DNA of 64,000 nt from Bacteroidales bacterium (GTDB lineage: Bacteria > Bacteroidota > Bacteroidia > Bacteroidales > VadinHA17): the NCBI GenBank assembly GCA_049975425.1, contig JBNGDI010000005.1, positions 24,277-88,276 of the forward strand, in the 5' to 3' direction. This document shows, one piece after another, positions 1 through 8,711 of this stretch (the first letter of the stretch is position 1; each line of letters opens with the position of its first letter). The notes under the pieces are model-generated. The model saw only the letters and a program-made list of their open reading frames with translations, did no database searches and had not been told where the DNA came from. Made by a program: the position numbers and the translations under genes.

Positions 1-869
1 TCCAGGGTGGTTGCGGCCTGTTTTTTCAGATCATATGTTTTCTGCGGGAGGGAAATGGAAGAAGCGGGCTTGACCGCCAGCCTTACCACCAGTTCATTCC
101 CGCTGGTGATGCCCCCGTTGATGCCCCCGGCATGGTTGGTGGCGGTTGTACCCCTGGAATCCACCAGCGGATCGTTATGCTCACTGCCCCGCATGGCGGC
201 AGCGGCAAAGCCGGCCCCGAACTCCACCCCCTTCACGGCAGGTATGGCAAACAGGATGTGACTCACCAGCGATTCCACCCCGTCGAAAAACGGCTCTCCC
301 AGACCGGCCGGCAATCCCTTAACCCGGCATTCCACAATACCTCCCACACTGTCTTTTTCCTGTAAGGCCTTTCCCACCGCCGCATCAATGTCCTTCCTTC
401 CCCCGGCCTCAGTCAGCACGGCTTCTATCTTCACCGGTTCAAGCAGCTTTTTTGCCACCACCCCGGCAGCCACCAGCGCGGCTGTCAGCCGCCCGGAAAA
501 ATGGCCGCCCCCACGGTAATCGGCATACCCACCGAATTTCTGCAGCGCGGTCATGTCGGCATGGCCCGGACGGGGAACTTCCGTAAAACGGCTGTAATCG
601 TCCGGCCGGGTATCCCGGTTTTCCAGCCATATCAGCAGGGGGGCGCCGGTGGTATAACCACGGAAAACGCCTGTAACCGGCACGGGCAGGTCGGGATCAC
701 GGCGGGCGGTGGTTCCTTTCGCCCCCGGCCTGCGCCGTTCCATGTCGGGGCGGAAATCTTCTTCCCTGAGGGAAAGGCCGGCCGGGCACCCGTCAATCAG
801 CACCCCCACCAGCCGGCCGTGTGATTCCCCCATAAGATTTATGCGGAACATTCTGCCGAAACTGTTCAT
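1..869 (-). CDS. aroC: chorismate synthase, N-terminal ~289 codons (3' end lies beyond the left window edge)
   Basis: Own minus-strand translation from ATG 869-867: MNSFGRMFRINLMGESHGRLVGVLIDGCPAGL...RPGHADMTALQKFG...GGGHFSGRLTAA. It is missing from the ORF track only because no stop lies inside the window. Its ATG overlaps the aroA stop (ATGA at 866-869). Confidence 0.9.
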   Translation of the reverse strand, partial: MNSFGRMFRINLMGESHGRLVGVLIDGCPAGLSLREEDFRPDMERRRPGAKGTTARRDPDLPVPVTGVFRGYTTGAPLLIWLENRDTRPDDYSRFTEVPRPGHADMTALQKFGGYADYRGGGHFSGRLTAALVAAGVVAKKLLEPVKIEAVLTEAGGRKDIDAAVGKALQEKDSVGGIVECRVKGLPAGLGEPFFDGVESLVSHILFAIPAVKGVEFGAGFAAAAMRGSEHNDPLVDSRGTTATNHAGGINGGITSGNELVVRLAVKPASSISLPQKTYDLKKQAATTL

Positions 870-2113
870 AGGATGTTTCCTCCGATTTTTTGTATATCGT
901 CAAAAAAAGCGGGATATGATTTTGCCGTGCAACCGGGATCTGAAACCGAAACCCATGGAACATCCCCGGCCGCCATCACCGCCGCGGCCATGGCAATGCG
1001 GTGGTCACCATGGGGATTGATCTCACCTTCTTTGAGCGGGGCGGGTGTGATCTGCATCACATCCCCTTCCGTTTCCACCTTCACACCCAGGCCGGCAAAC
1101 TCTTCTTCCAGCACCCTGGCCCGGTTGCTTTCCTTGGCAAATAAGCGGGTTATTCCCCTGATGGTACTTTTTCCATGTGCATGGGCTGCCAGCGGCACCA
1201 GGGGTGGAAAAAGATCGGGGCAGTCGGTGGCATCGAAATCAAAAGGCCGGAGTTCCCCTTTCGATACCCGGATCTTCTCCTCGGATATTTCCAGTTTAGC
1301 CCCTGCTTTTTCGAGCACATCCAGAACGGCCCGGTCGGCCTGGCCCGATTGCGGGTCGAGCCCGGTCACCTCCACCGGTCCGCCCAGTGCACCAGCCACC
1401 AGGAAAAAAGCCGCCCCGCTCCAGTCGCCCTCCACTGTGTACCGGCAGGAGCGGTAACGCTGCCTCCCGGGAATATGGAAATACCGGTAACCGGTATGAT
1501 CGATCCGGATACCGAACGATTCCAGCACTTCCAGTGTCATATCCACATAGGGTTTGCTTTTCAGGCTGTCAACTTCCAGCTCCGAATCATTTTCTGCCAG
1601 AGGAAGCGCCATCAGCAATCCGCTTAAAAACTGGGAACTCTTTGAACCGTCAACACGGGATTTCCCACCCCTCAGCGGACCCTGCACCTTTACAGGAGCA
1701 TGGCCCCGGTGCGTTTTACACCTTACGCCAAGTTCCTGCAGAGAATTTTCTATCATATCCATGGGGCGGTATCTCAAAGTACCCCCGGCTTTCACCACCA
1801 TCTCCGCATCATGAAGTGCCACAATGGCTGAAAACAAACGGAAGGCCAGCCCCGATTCACCGCAGTGCACTTCATTGCCCAGCGGGGCAAACCCTCCTTT
1901 TACTTCCAGTTCCGCCTCCCGGTCTGCGATGGCGGCCCCCAGGCGTTCAATCACCTTCATGGCATGCAGGGCATCGTCCGAGCGGGACGGATTCCGGATC
2001 ACGGAAACACCATCGGCCAGCAGGGCTGCAGCCAGAGCCCGCTGGGTGAAGCTTTTCGAACCCGGTATATGAATTTTCCCGGCAGGATAGAATTGTTCAA
2101 TGACCTTCTTCAT
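866..2113 (-). CDS. aroA: 3-phosphoshikimate 1-carboxyvinyltransferase (EPSP synthase)
   Basis: ORF 866..2122. Motifs KIHIPGSKSFTQRALAAALLADG, LRYRPMDM and HGDHRIAMAAAV. Start set at ATG 2113 (MKKVIEQ), which makes an ATGA overlap with the aroB stop at 2110-2112. Confidence 0.9.
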   Translation of the reverse strand: MKKVIEQFYPAGKIHIPGSKSFTQRALAAALLADGVSVIRNPSRSDDALHAMKVIERLGAAIADREAELEVKGGFAPLGNEVHCGESGLAFRLFSAIVALHDAEMVVKAGGTLRYRPMDMIENSLQELGVRCKTHRGHAPVKVQGPLRGGKSRVDGSKSSQFLSGLLMALPLAENDSELEVDSLKSKPYVDMTLEVLESFGIRIDHTGYRYFHIPGRQRYRSCRYTVEGDWSGAAFFLVAGALGGPVEVTGLDPQSGQADRAVLDVLEKAGAKLEISEEKIRVSKGELRPFDFDATDCPDLFPPLVPLAAHAHGKSTIRGITRLFAKESNRARVLEEEFAGLGVKVETEGDVMQITPAPLKEGEINPHGDHRIAMAAAVMAAGDVPWVSVSDPGCTAKSYPAFFDDIQKIGGNIL

Positions 2114-3168
2114 ACAAAACATTCTTTTACTGCCCCTTTGACCAGTTCCCCGAGCTTTGACACAGGAATTTCAACAGGTTTCGCCCGGCCTGGTTTTTCA
2201 AGAACAATAAATTTCATATGCTTATCCTTCTTCTTCTTGTCGGCTGCCATCACCCGTAACAGCTCTCCGGCAGGCACTTTCATCCGGACAGGAAGGCCGT
2301 AGTCCTGAAGCAAATCTGCAATATCCTTCACATCTTCCCGGCGGAGCAGGCCCAGCATGCGGGATATCCCGGCCGCAAGCACCATCCCCAGGCTGACTGC
2401 CTTTCCGTGAGGGATCCGGAGCATTTTTTCGATGGCATGCCCTGCGGTGTGGCCGAAATTCAGCAGGCTGCGGATCCCCGTTTCTGCCTCATCACGGTTC
2501 ACAATATCCGATTTGATCCTGACCGATCCCTCAATGACCCGTGCGAGCAATTCCGGGTTGCCTGCCCTTATCCGGTTTCCTTCCCGTTGCAGCATGTCCA
2601 GGTAATCAAGGTCGGCAATCAGTCCGTGTTTTATCACCTCAGCCCAGCCGTTCTTCCATTCTTCCGATGGCAGGGTATTCAGAACCGACGGATCACACAG
2701 AACAAAACGGGGTTGTTTAATGGTACCAACCATATTCTTGTACCTCTTCAGGTTCACCCCGTTTTTCCCTCCGATGGCGGCATCCACCTGCGCCAGCAGG
2801 GTGGTGGGCGCATACCCGCAGGAAATACCGCGCATATAGGTAGCCGCCACAAACCCGGCCAGATCGGTTACCACTCCTCCCCCTATGCCCAGGAGAAACC
2901 AGCTCCGGTCTACCCCGGCCTGCATCATTTTCAGTGAAAGCTTCGATACAGTATTCAAATTTTTCGAACGTTCTCCGGTTTGCACAGTCAGAAGCAGACC
3001 TTCCGGGAAACGTGATCCGTAGAGGCCTGCCACACGGTTATCGCTTATGATCACTACGTTCCCTTCCGGTAAGTATTCCGGCAGCTTTTCAAAAGTAATT
3101 CCCGTGAGTATACGCGATACTCCGGTCTGCCCCCGGACAATAAATTCTTTCATGGCAGTGGGACCCAT
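2110..3168 (-). CDS. aroB: 3-dehydroquinate synthase
   Basis: Motifs GIGGGVVTDLAGFVAATYMRGI, DAAIGGKNGVNL and FGHTAGHAIE. An alternative ATG lies at 3153. Confidence 0.9.
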   Translation of the reverse strand: MGPTAMKEFIVRGQTGVSRILTGITFEKLPEYLPEGNVVIISDNRVAGLYGSRFPEGLLLTVQTGERSKNLNTVSKLSLKMMQAGVDRSWFLLGIGGGVVTDLAGFVAATYMRGISCGYAPTTLLAQVDAAIGGKNGVNLKRYKNMVGTIKQPRFVLCDPSVLNTLPSEEWKNGWAEVIKHGLIADLDYLDMLQREGNRIRAGNPELLARVIEGSVRIKSDIVNRDEAETGIRSLLNFGHTAGHAIEKMLRIPHGKAVSLGMVLAAGISRMLGLLRREDVKDIADLLQDYGLPVRMKVPAGELLRVMAADKKKKDKHMKFIVLEKPGRAKPVEIPVSKLGELVKGAVKECFV

Positions 3169-3188
3169 TATCCTGCAATATTAATCAT

Positions 3189-4277
3189 TTATGCTTTCAT
3201 TACCTTATTCTGCCGGTTAATGGATTCCTGATGAACAGCCATGAATATTTTTTCGACAACCTCCTTGCTCAGTCCAAGGCCGGCAGCTGCTTTGATCCGA
3301 TTATCCAGCAGCTCCTGCCAGCGTTGCGTTTGCAGGATGGTTACATTCTGTTTTTTCTTCAGCAGGCCGATCTTTTCTGAGATATCCATCCGCTGTGACA
3401 GTAGCCTTACCAGTTCGAGGTCGCATTCGTCAATCAGCCTGCGCAATTCTTCCAGCTCGGTCAGGAAATCCTCGTCATCGCTTTTTTCCTTTCTGATGAT
3501 CAGGCGGTTAAGTATCCGGCTTAATTCATCCGGGGTTACCTGCTGTTCTTTATCGCTCAGGGCCGAGGCCGGGTCGAAATGGGATTCGATAATCAGTCCG
3601 TCAAATCCCAGGTCCATAGCCTTCTGCGAAATTTCATAGATCAACCCGCAGGGGCCGCAGATATGGCTGGGGTCGGTAATAATCGGCAGTCCCGGCACCC
3701 GCCGGCGCAGTTCCACAGGTATCTGCCAGTGCGGATCATTGCGGTAGGTATTGGTTCCGAAGCGGCTGAACCCGCGGTGAATGGCAGCAAGTTTCCGGAT
3801 CCCGGCCCCGTTCAGCCTTTCCAGGGCCCCGATCCACAGATTCAGGTCGGGGTTCACCGGGTTTTTCACCATCACCGGCACTTCGGTTCCTTCCAGGGCA
3901 TCGGCAATTTCCTGAATGGCAAAAGGATTGGCGGTACTTCGGGCCCCGATCCACAGCATATCGATGCCGTATCGCAAAGCCTGGTATACATGCTTCACAT
4001 TGGCCACTTCGATGGTTACCAGCATATCCAGCTCCTTTTTCACCTTTTCAAGCCATTTGAGTCCCCTGGAACCCACCCCTTCGAAGGCATTCGGGCGGGT
4101 ACGGGGTTTCCAGATACCGGCCCGGAAAATTTGTACTCCGGCTTTTTTCAGTTCCCCGGCAGTTCTCATCACCTGCTCTTCCGACTCGGCGCTGCAGGGT
4201 CCCGCAATGATCATGGGTTTTTGCTGCATGTGTCCCGCCGGCAGCAAAGGTTCCAGTTCAAGATGGATCTGTTCCAT
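3189..4277 (-). CDS. bifunctional 3-deoxy-7-phosphoheptulonate (DAHP) synthase / chorismate mutase type II
   Basis: The N-terminal part matches type I-beta DAHP synthase (IIAGPCSAESEEQ, FRAGIWKPRTRP, IITDPSHI). The C-terminal ~90 aa look like a chorismate mutase helix bundle (LEELRRLIDECDLELVRLLSQRMDISEKIG...AVHQESI). Confidence 0.85.
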   Translation of the reverse strand: MEQIHLELEPLLPAGHMQQKPMIIAGPCSAESEEQVMRTAGELKKAGVQIFRAGIWKPRTRPNAFEGVGSRGLKWLEKVKKELDMLVTIEVANVKHVYQALRYGIDMLWIGARSTANPFAIQEIADALEGTEVPVMVKNPVNPDLNLWIGALERLNGAGIRKLAAIHRGFSRFGTNTYRNDPHWQIPVELRRRVPGLPIITDPSHICGPCGLIYEISQKAMDLGFDGLIIESHFDPASALSDKEQQVTPDELSRILNRLIIRKEKSDDEDFLTELEELRRLIDECDLELVRLLSQRMDISEKIGLLKKKQNVTILQTQRWQELLDNRIKAAAGLGLSKEVVEKIFMAVHQESINRQNKVMKA

Positions 4278-4293
4278 TTTATCTCAGTTAATA

Positions 4294-5463
4294 TTATAAA
4301 TGTACAACTCGTTTCGCAGCTTTTTCAAGTATTTCTGCAGGCGAACACAGGGAAATTCTGATATAGCCTTTTCCCTGTTGTCCGAACACGGAGCCCGGGG
4401 TAACAAAAACCAGGGCCTGCTCCAGCAGCCGGTCGGAAAACACCCTGTCATCGGGATCATGCCCCGGCAGCCTGCCCCACAGAAACATCCCCTGCTGGGA
4501 AGGTTCAAACTCAGCACACAGCGAATTCATGAGGGATTCTGCCATTCTGCGCCGTTCGTCATAAACCCTGTACAGTTGCTCGTACCAGGCATCACCCAGG
4601 CGGAGCGCAGTTGCTGCCGCCCGCTGCACGGGCAGGAACATGCCGCTCTGGTAATTGCTGCTGACCAGCAGAATGTCAGCGATGTGGCTTTCATGGGCCA
4701 CAATGAAACCGATCCTCCATCCCGCCATGTTGTGTGATTTGCTCAGGGAATTCAACTCCACCAGCCCCGGTTCCGGGCCGTTTTCATGAAACAGGCTGAG
4801 AGGCTCCCGGTTCAGGATAAAACTGTATGGATTATCGTTACAGATCAGGATGTGATTCTTTTTGCCGAAGTCCCTCAGCTTTCCGAAAAAATCCCTGTGA
4901 GCCGGAGCGCCTGTTGGCATGTGCGGGTAATTCACCCACATCAGTTTCACTTTTTCCAACCCCTCTTCCTCCAGTTCTTCCAGCCGGGGCAACCACCCGT
5001 TGTGCTCATTCAGCCGGTAGGTCCTGGGTATACCTCCTGCCATACGGGCAAGTACCGAATAAGCCGGATACCCGGGATCGGGAACCAGCACTTCATCGCC
5101 CGGATCTAGGTAAGCCAGTGAAATTTGCAGGATGGCTTCCTTTGAGCCCATGACGGGCAGAATATTCCTCTCCGGATCAAGGAAAATGCCAAACCGCTCT
5201 GCATACCAGCCGGCCACCGCTTCACGCAGTTCAGGAACTCCACGGTATGGCTGGTATCCGTGTGCCCCGGGCTCTGATGCGGTTTCCGGCAGGGTTTTCA
5301 ACACCCCGGGATGGGGGGGCAGATCGGGGCTGCCGATACCCAGGTTGATCACATCCAGCCCATCCTCCTTCATGCGCCTGATCTGCGCCAGCTTGCCGGA
5401 AAAATAATATTCTCCCACGCCGGATATTCTCAGCGCTTTTTCAAACATTGTGCTCATGGTCAT
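4294..5463 (-). CDS. class I/II PLP-dependent aminotransferase, probably aromatic/prephenate aminotransferase given its operon context
   Basis: Motifs NLGIGSPDLPP, NYPHMPTGA and the PLP-lysine motif SLSKSHNMAGWRIG. Start set to ATG 5463 (MTMSTMFEK), because 5473-5499 of the longer ORF is occupied by a terminator-like hairpin. It is the first gene of the aro operon. Confidence 0.8.
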   Translation of the reverse strand: MTMSTMFEKALRISGVGEYYFSGKLAQIRRMKEDGLDVINLGIGSPDLPPHPGVLKTLPETASEPGAHGYQPYRGVPELREAVAGWYAERFGIFLDPERNILPVMGSKEAILQISLAYLDPGDEVLVPDPGYPAYSVLARMAGGIPRTYRLNEHNGWLPRLEELEEEGLEKVKLMWVNYPHMPTGAPAHRDFFGKLRDFGKKNHILICNDNPYSFILNREPLSLFHENGPEPGLVELNSLSKSHNMAGWRIGFIVAHESHIADILLVSSNYQSGMFLPVQRAAATALRLGDAWYEQLYRVYDERRRMAESLMNSLCAEFEPSQQGMFLWGRLPGHDPDDRVFSDRLLEQALVFVTPGSVFGQQGKGYIRISLCSPAEILEKAAKRVVHL

Positions 5464-5590
5464 ACAGCGGATAAAAAAAATCCCGGGAAACACCCGGGAC
5501 CAGTTCAGCATGTATGAAAAGACAGCTCACCTGCCCCCGGTTTTCCGGCGGGAAATAGAAAAAATAATAATATGTTCCCTGATGTTTCAT
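5441..5590 (-). promoter_or_regulatory. candidate second aromatic-codon leader ORF (MKHQGTYYYFFYFPPENRG...)
   Basis: ATG at 5590-5588 sits immediately after the U-tract of terminator 1. Codons 7-13 are TAT TAT TAT TTT TTC TAT TTC. GC-rich segments CCCGCCGG (5552-5545) and CCGGGGG (5540-5534) precede hairpin 5499-5481. The ORF has no early stop and runs to 5441. Confidence 0.3.
5473..5499 (-). terminator. intrinsic terminator-like hairpin (attenuator 2), 10 nt upstream of the aminotransferase ATG
   Basis: Minus-strand RNA reads UCCCGGG-uguuu-CCCGGGA followed by U8 (plus-strand A-tract 5473-5480). It lies inside a 5' leader, not after a gene. Confidence 0.5.
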
Positions 5591-5623
5591 AAAAACAAAA
5601 AATCCCGTCGATCGGGACGGGAT
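5591..5623 (-). terminator. intrinsic terminator of attenuator 1
   Basis: Minus-strand RNA reads AUCCCGUC-ccgauc-GACGGGAU (8-bp stem, 5623-5602) followed by UUUUUUGUUUUU (5601-5591). It sits in the 5' leader of the aro operon. Confidence 0.6.
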
Positions 5624-5651
5624 GCTATTTTCTTTTCCTGCAATATGCAGT

Positions 5652-5714
5652 TTATCCCGTCCGTTTCAGTGACACGAAATAATAATAGATAAATATGTTC
5701 ATAAATTGCTTCAT
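5652..5714 (-). CDS. candidate 20-aa Tyr/Phe-rich leader peptide MKQFMNIFIYYYFVSLKRTG
   Basis: ATG 5714-5712 follows a purine-rich stretch (AAAAGGAAGAG). 7 of the 20 codons are Phe/Tyr, including the run TAT TAT TAT TTC. The stop UAA (5654-5652) overlaps segment ACGGACGGGAU (5664-5654). That segment is complementary to the 5' arm of the terminator. Confidence 0.5.
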   Translation of the reverse strand: MKQFMNIFIYYYFVSLKRTG

Positions 5715-5732
5715 CTCTTCCTTTTCAGGCAT

Positions 5733-5740
5733 CAAACCTA
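5733..5740 (-). promoter_or_regulatory. Bacteroidota-type -7 promoter box (TAGGTTTG, fits TAnnTTTG)
   Basis: The minus strand reads ...TTGGATTTCAAAAAAAGAATAAT-TAGGTTTG-ATGCCTG. A TTG about 20 nt upstream could serve as the -33 element. The box sits about 19 nt upstream of the leader ATG. Confidence 0.35.
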
Positions 5741-5850
5741 ATTATTCTTTTTTTGAAATCCAACACGGACTTCTGAAATTTTATTCTTTATTTCGTTTTG
5801 TTTGAAATAACGATCTTTGCTGAAAGCATTTCCGGGTTAAACAAAATATC

Positions 5851-6504
5851 ATGACAAGGAAAGAACGGTTCAAAATGGTCCTGGACTGGTTCAGGGAAAA
5901 CCGGCCGGTAGCTGAAACCGAACTGGAATATTCAGATCCTTTCAGCCTGCTTGTGGCGGTGATTCTCTCCGCCCAGTGCACCGACAAACGGGTGAACATG
6001 ATCACCCCTCCCCTGCTCGAAAGGTTTCCCACTCCGGAAGTTATGGCTGCAGCCGAACCCGAAGACATTTTTCCATATATCAAAAGCTGCACGTATCCCA
6101 ACAACAAGGCAAAGCATCTGTGCGGCATGGCCCGCAAACTGGTCAGCGATTTCAGCGGCCAGGTCCCTTCCGATACCGCCAGCCTTCAATCCCTGCCCGG
6201 CGTGGGACGAAAAACGGCCCATGTAATTGCCTCGGTAGTATTCAAACTGCCCAAACTGGCCGTCGATACCCATGTCTTCAGGGTGGCCAACCGCCTGGGG
6301 CTTGTAAAAGCCGCCACTCCCCTGGCAGCCGAAAAGCAGCTGGTACAGCATATTCCCGAATCGCAGATCCCACTGGCGCACCACTGGCTTATTCTGCACG
6401 GCCGGTATATCTGCCAGGCCAGGAAACCGCGCTGTGAAGAATGCGGACTTAACAGCTTTTGCCTGTATTATCAGAAGATGCAAAAGGAAAAAAACAGGTT
6501 ATGA
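5851..6504 (+). CDS. nth: endonuclease III
   Basis: HhH-GPD motifs (LVAVILSAQCTDKRVN, LPGVGRKTAHV) and a C-terminal 4Fe-4S cluster loop (CQARKPRCEECGLNSFC). Confidence 0.9.
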   Translation: MTRKERFKMVLDWFRENRPVAETELEYSDPFSLLVAVILSAQCTDKRVNMITPPLLERFPTPEVMAAAEPEDIFPYIKSCTYPNNKAKHLCGMARKLVSDFSGQVPSDTASLQSLPGVGRKTAHVIASVVFKLPKLAVDTHVFRVANRLGLVKAATPLAAEKQLVQHIPESQIPLAHHWLILHGRYICQARKPRCEECGLNSFCLYYQKMQKEKNRL

Positions 6505-8711
6505 ACACCATTTATCTTGATTACAACGCCACCACCCCCCTTGATCCGGAGGTGATCGATGCCATGAAACCATACCTCGACCGGTATTTCGGAAATCCTT
6601 CCAGCACGCACCGGTACGGCATCGAAACCCGGCAGGCAGTTGAAAAGGCCAGGGAACAGGTGGCAGCCCTTCTTCATGCTTTCCCCGGCGAAATCATTTT
6701 CACCAGCGGCGGAACGGAATCGAACAATATGGCCATAAAAGGGATAGCCCTGGCCCACGCATCCCGGGGAAAACACATCATCACCACATCGGTGGAGCAT
6801 CCGGCCACACTCGAGGTTTGCCGCTACCTGGAAAAACAGGGATTTGAAGTAACGTATGTTGATCCGGATGAAAAAGGGATGGTGCATGTCTCCGATCTGG
6901 AAAAAGCGGTCAGGGAGGATACCATCCTGCTTTCCATGATGCATGCCAACAACGAAGTGGGAACCGTGCAACCTGTGGAAGAAGCGGGCAAACTGGCAGC
7001 CCGGCACGGATTTTTTTTCCATACCGACGCCGCACAGTCGGCCGGAAAGATTCCCACAGATGTGAACCGGATGCATGTGCACCTGCTTTCCCTGGCGGGT
7101 CATAAACTGTACGGTCCGAAAGGTACGGGGGCGCTTTACATCAGAAAGGGGACCGTACTGGAAAAACTGATCCATGGGGCGGATCATGAACGGAACCTGA
7201 GGGCAGGGACGGAAAATGTGCTGGAGATTGTGGGACTCGGCAAAGCCTGCGAGATCGCCCGGCGCGACCTGGAAAAAAACATGCGCCACATGCGGCAAAT
7301 GAGAGACAGGCTGATGCAGGGAATCACTGAACATATCAAAGGGGTCCGGATCAACGGGGATCCGGCAGGCGGATTGCCCAACACCCTCAGTGTTTCCTTC
7401 CTGAACATGGAAGCCGAAACCATTCTCTCGGGTCTGCCGCAGCTGGCTGCTTCGGCAGGTGCTGCCTGCCATGCGGAACACACCACAGTATCACATGTAC
7501 TTCAGGCCATGCGGGTTCCCAACGAATATGCCCGGGGAACCATCCGTTTTTCCGTGGGCAAACCTACCACAGAGAAGGAAATTGACTCTGCCCTCAGCGC
7601 CCTCACCACCCTGGTCTCTTCACTTCAGACACGGGAAACCGAAACAACCACAGGCACAAAACAGATGATGAACAGCATTGCCCTTACCTCATTTACCAGC
7701 GGGCTGGGTTGTGCCTGCAAAATGCGCCCTCAGACTCTCGAAAGGCTGCTGTCCTCGTTCCCTCCATCGAACGATCCCCGGGTGCTGGCCGACCAGAGCA
7801 CCTCCGACGATGCCACCGTATTTATGATCAAGGATACGGCGCTAATACAAACCCTTGATTTTTTCACACCCATTGTTGACGACCCTTACAATTTCGGGGC
7901 CATTGCCGCCGCCAATGCACTGAGCGACATATACGCCATGGGAGGAATGCCCCTCTTTGCCCTGAATATCGTGGGTTTCCCTTCCTCCAGACTGCCACTG
8001 GAGGTTCTGGAAAAGATTCTGAAAGGAGCCTCAGACAAATGCAGGGAAGCGGAAATAGAAATCCTGGGCGGCCACACCATCGATGACCCCGAGCCCAAAT
8101 ACGGGCTGGTTGTCACCGGAACAGCCGATCCGACGCGTATTCTACGAAACAAAGGTTCCAGACCGGGCGATGCCGTCGTGCTCACCAAACCCATCGGCAC
8201 CGGCATCATTACCACCGGTATCAAAAGAAAGGCGGTCAGCCCCGAACTGGAAGAACAGGCCGTACACCTGATGTCGGAACTGAACCGGAAAGCCGCCGAA
8301 ATACTGTCGCGATATCCGGTCAGCGCCTGCACCGATGTCACCGGTTTCGGGCTGACCGGCCATCTATACGAAATGGTCCGGAACAGCGGAACAGAAGCCG
8401 AAATTTTCATCCGTTCGGTACCGCTGATCGAAGGAGTGGAATCGCTTGCCCGGGCCGGACTGATCCCGGGAGGCACACGGAACAACCTGGCTTACCTGGA
8501 GGGACACATTGCCTGGCCGCCCGGGATTTCCACAACAGAAAAACTGATTCTGTGTGATGCGCAAACATCGGGCGGTTTGCTGTTCACTCTGCCCGAAACG
8601 GAAGCAGAACAGGTAATAAGGGATTTGCATTCGGCCGGAATAAACCGGGCTGGTATGATAGGAAGGATTGCGCGGCAGGGAAAAGGCCTTATCCATGTAA
8701 CAGGACACTGA
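6501..8711 (+). CDS. selD: fusion protein: NifS-like cysteine desulfurase / selenocysteine lyase (N-terminal ~385 aa) joined to selenide, water dikinase SelD (C-terminal ~340 aa)
   Basis: The N-terminal part matches class V aminotransferase/NifS (LDYNATTPLDPEV, PLP-Lys SLAGHKLYGPKGTGALY, active-site loop SAGAACHAEH). A Thr-rich linker follows (QTRETETTTGTKQ). The C-terminal part matches SelD (SGLGCACKMRP, SDDATVF, DFFTPIVDDPYNFGAIAAANALSDIYAMGG). ATG 6501 overlaps the nth stop (ATGA). Confidence 0.85.
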   Translation: MNTIYLDYNATTPLDPEVIDAMKPYLDRYFGNPSSTHRYGIETRQAVEKAREQVAALLHAFPGEIIFTSGGTESNNMAIKGIALAHASRGKHIITTSVEHPATLEVCRYLEKQGFEVTYVDPDEKGMVHVSDLEKAVREDTILLSMMHANNEVGTVQPVEEAGKLAARHGFFFHTDAAQSAGKIPTDVNRMHVHLLSLAGHKLYGPKGTGALYIRKGTVLEKLIHGADHERNLRAGTENVLEIVGLGKACEIARRDLEKNMRHMRQMRDRLMQGITEHIKGVRINGDPAGGLPNTLSVSFLNMEAETILSGLPQLAASAGAACHAEHTTVSHVLQAMRVPNEYARGTIRFSVGKPTTEKEIDSALSALTTLVSSLQTRETETTTGTKQMMNSIALTSFTSGLGCACKMRPQTLERLLSSFPPSNDPRVLADQSTSDDATVFMIKDTALIQTLDFFTPIVDDPYNFGAIAAANALSDIYAMGGMPLFALNIVGFPSSRLPLEVLEKILKGASDKCREAEIEILGGHTIDDPEPKYGLVVTGTADPTRILRNKGSRPGDAVVLTKPIGTGIITTGIKRKAVSPELEEQAVHLMSELNRKAAEILSRYPVSACTDVTGFGLTGHLYEMVRNSGTEAEIFIRSVPLIEGVESLARAGLIPGGTRNNLAYLEGHIAWPPGISTTEKLILCDAQTSGGLLFTLPETEAEQVIRDLHSAGINRAGMIGRIARQGKGLIHVTGH

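Noticed and set aside
5464-5511. N-terminal extension of the aminotransferase ORF (MLNWSRVFPGIFFIRC)
   Set aside because: This stretch is the terminator-like hairpin plus U8 tract of the leader region. The in-frame ATGs at 5463 and 5457 give a normal aminotransferase N-terminus.
7710-7712. Possible selenocysteine (TGA) recoding at the SelD catalytic position
   Set aside because: The codon is TGT (Cys) in GLG-C-ACK. No in-frame TGA interrupts any gene in the window.
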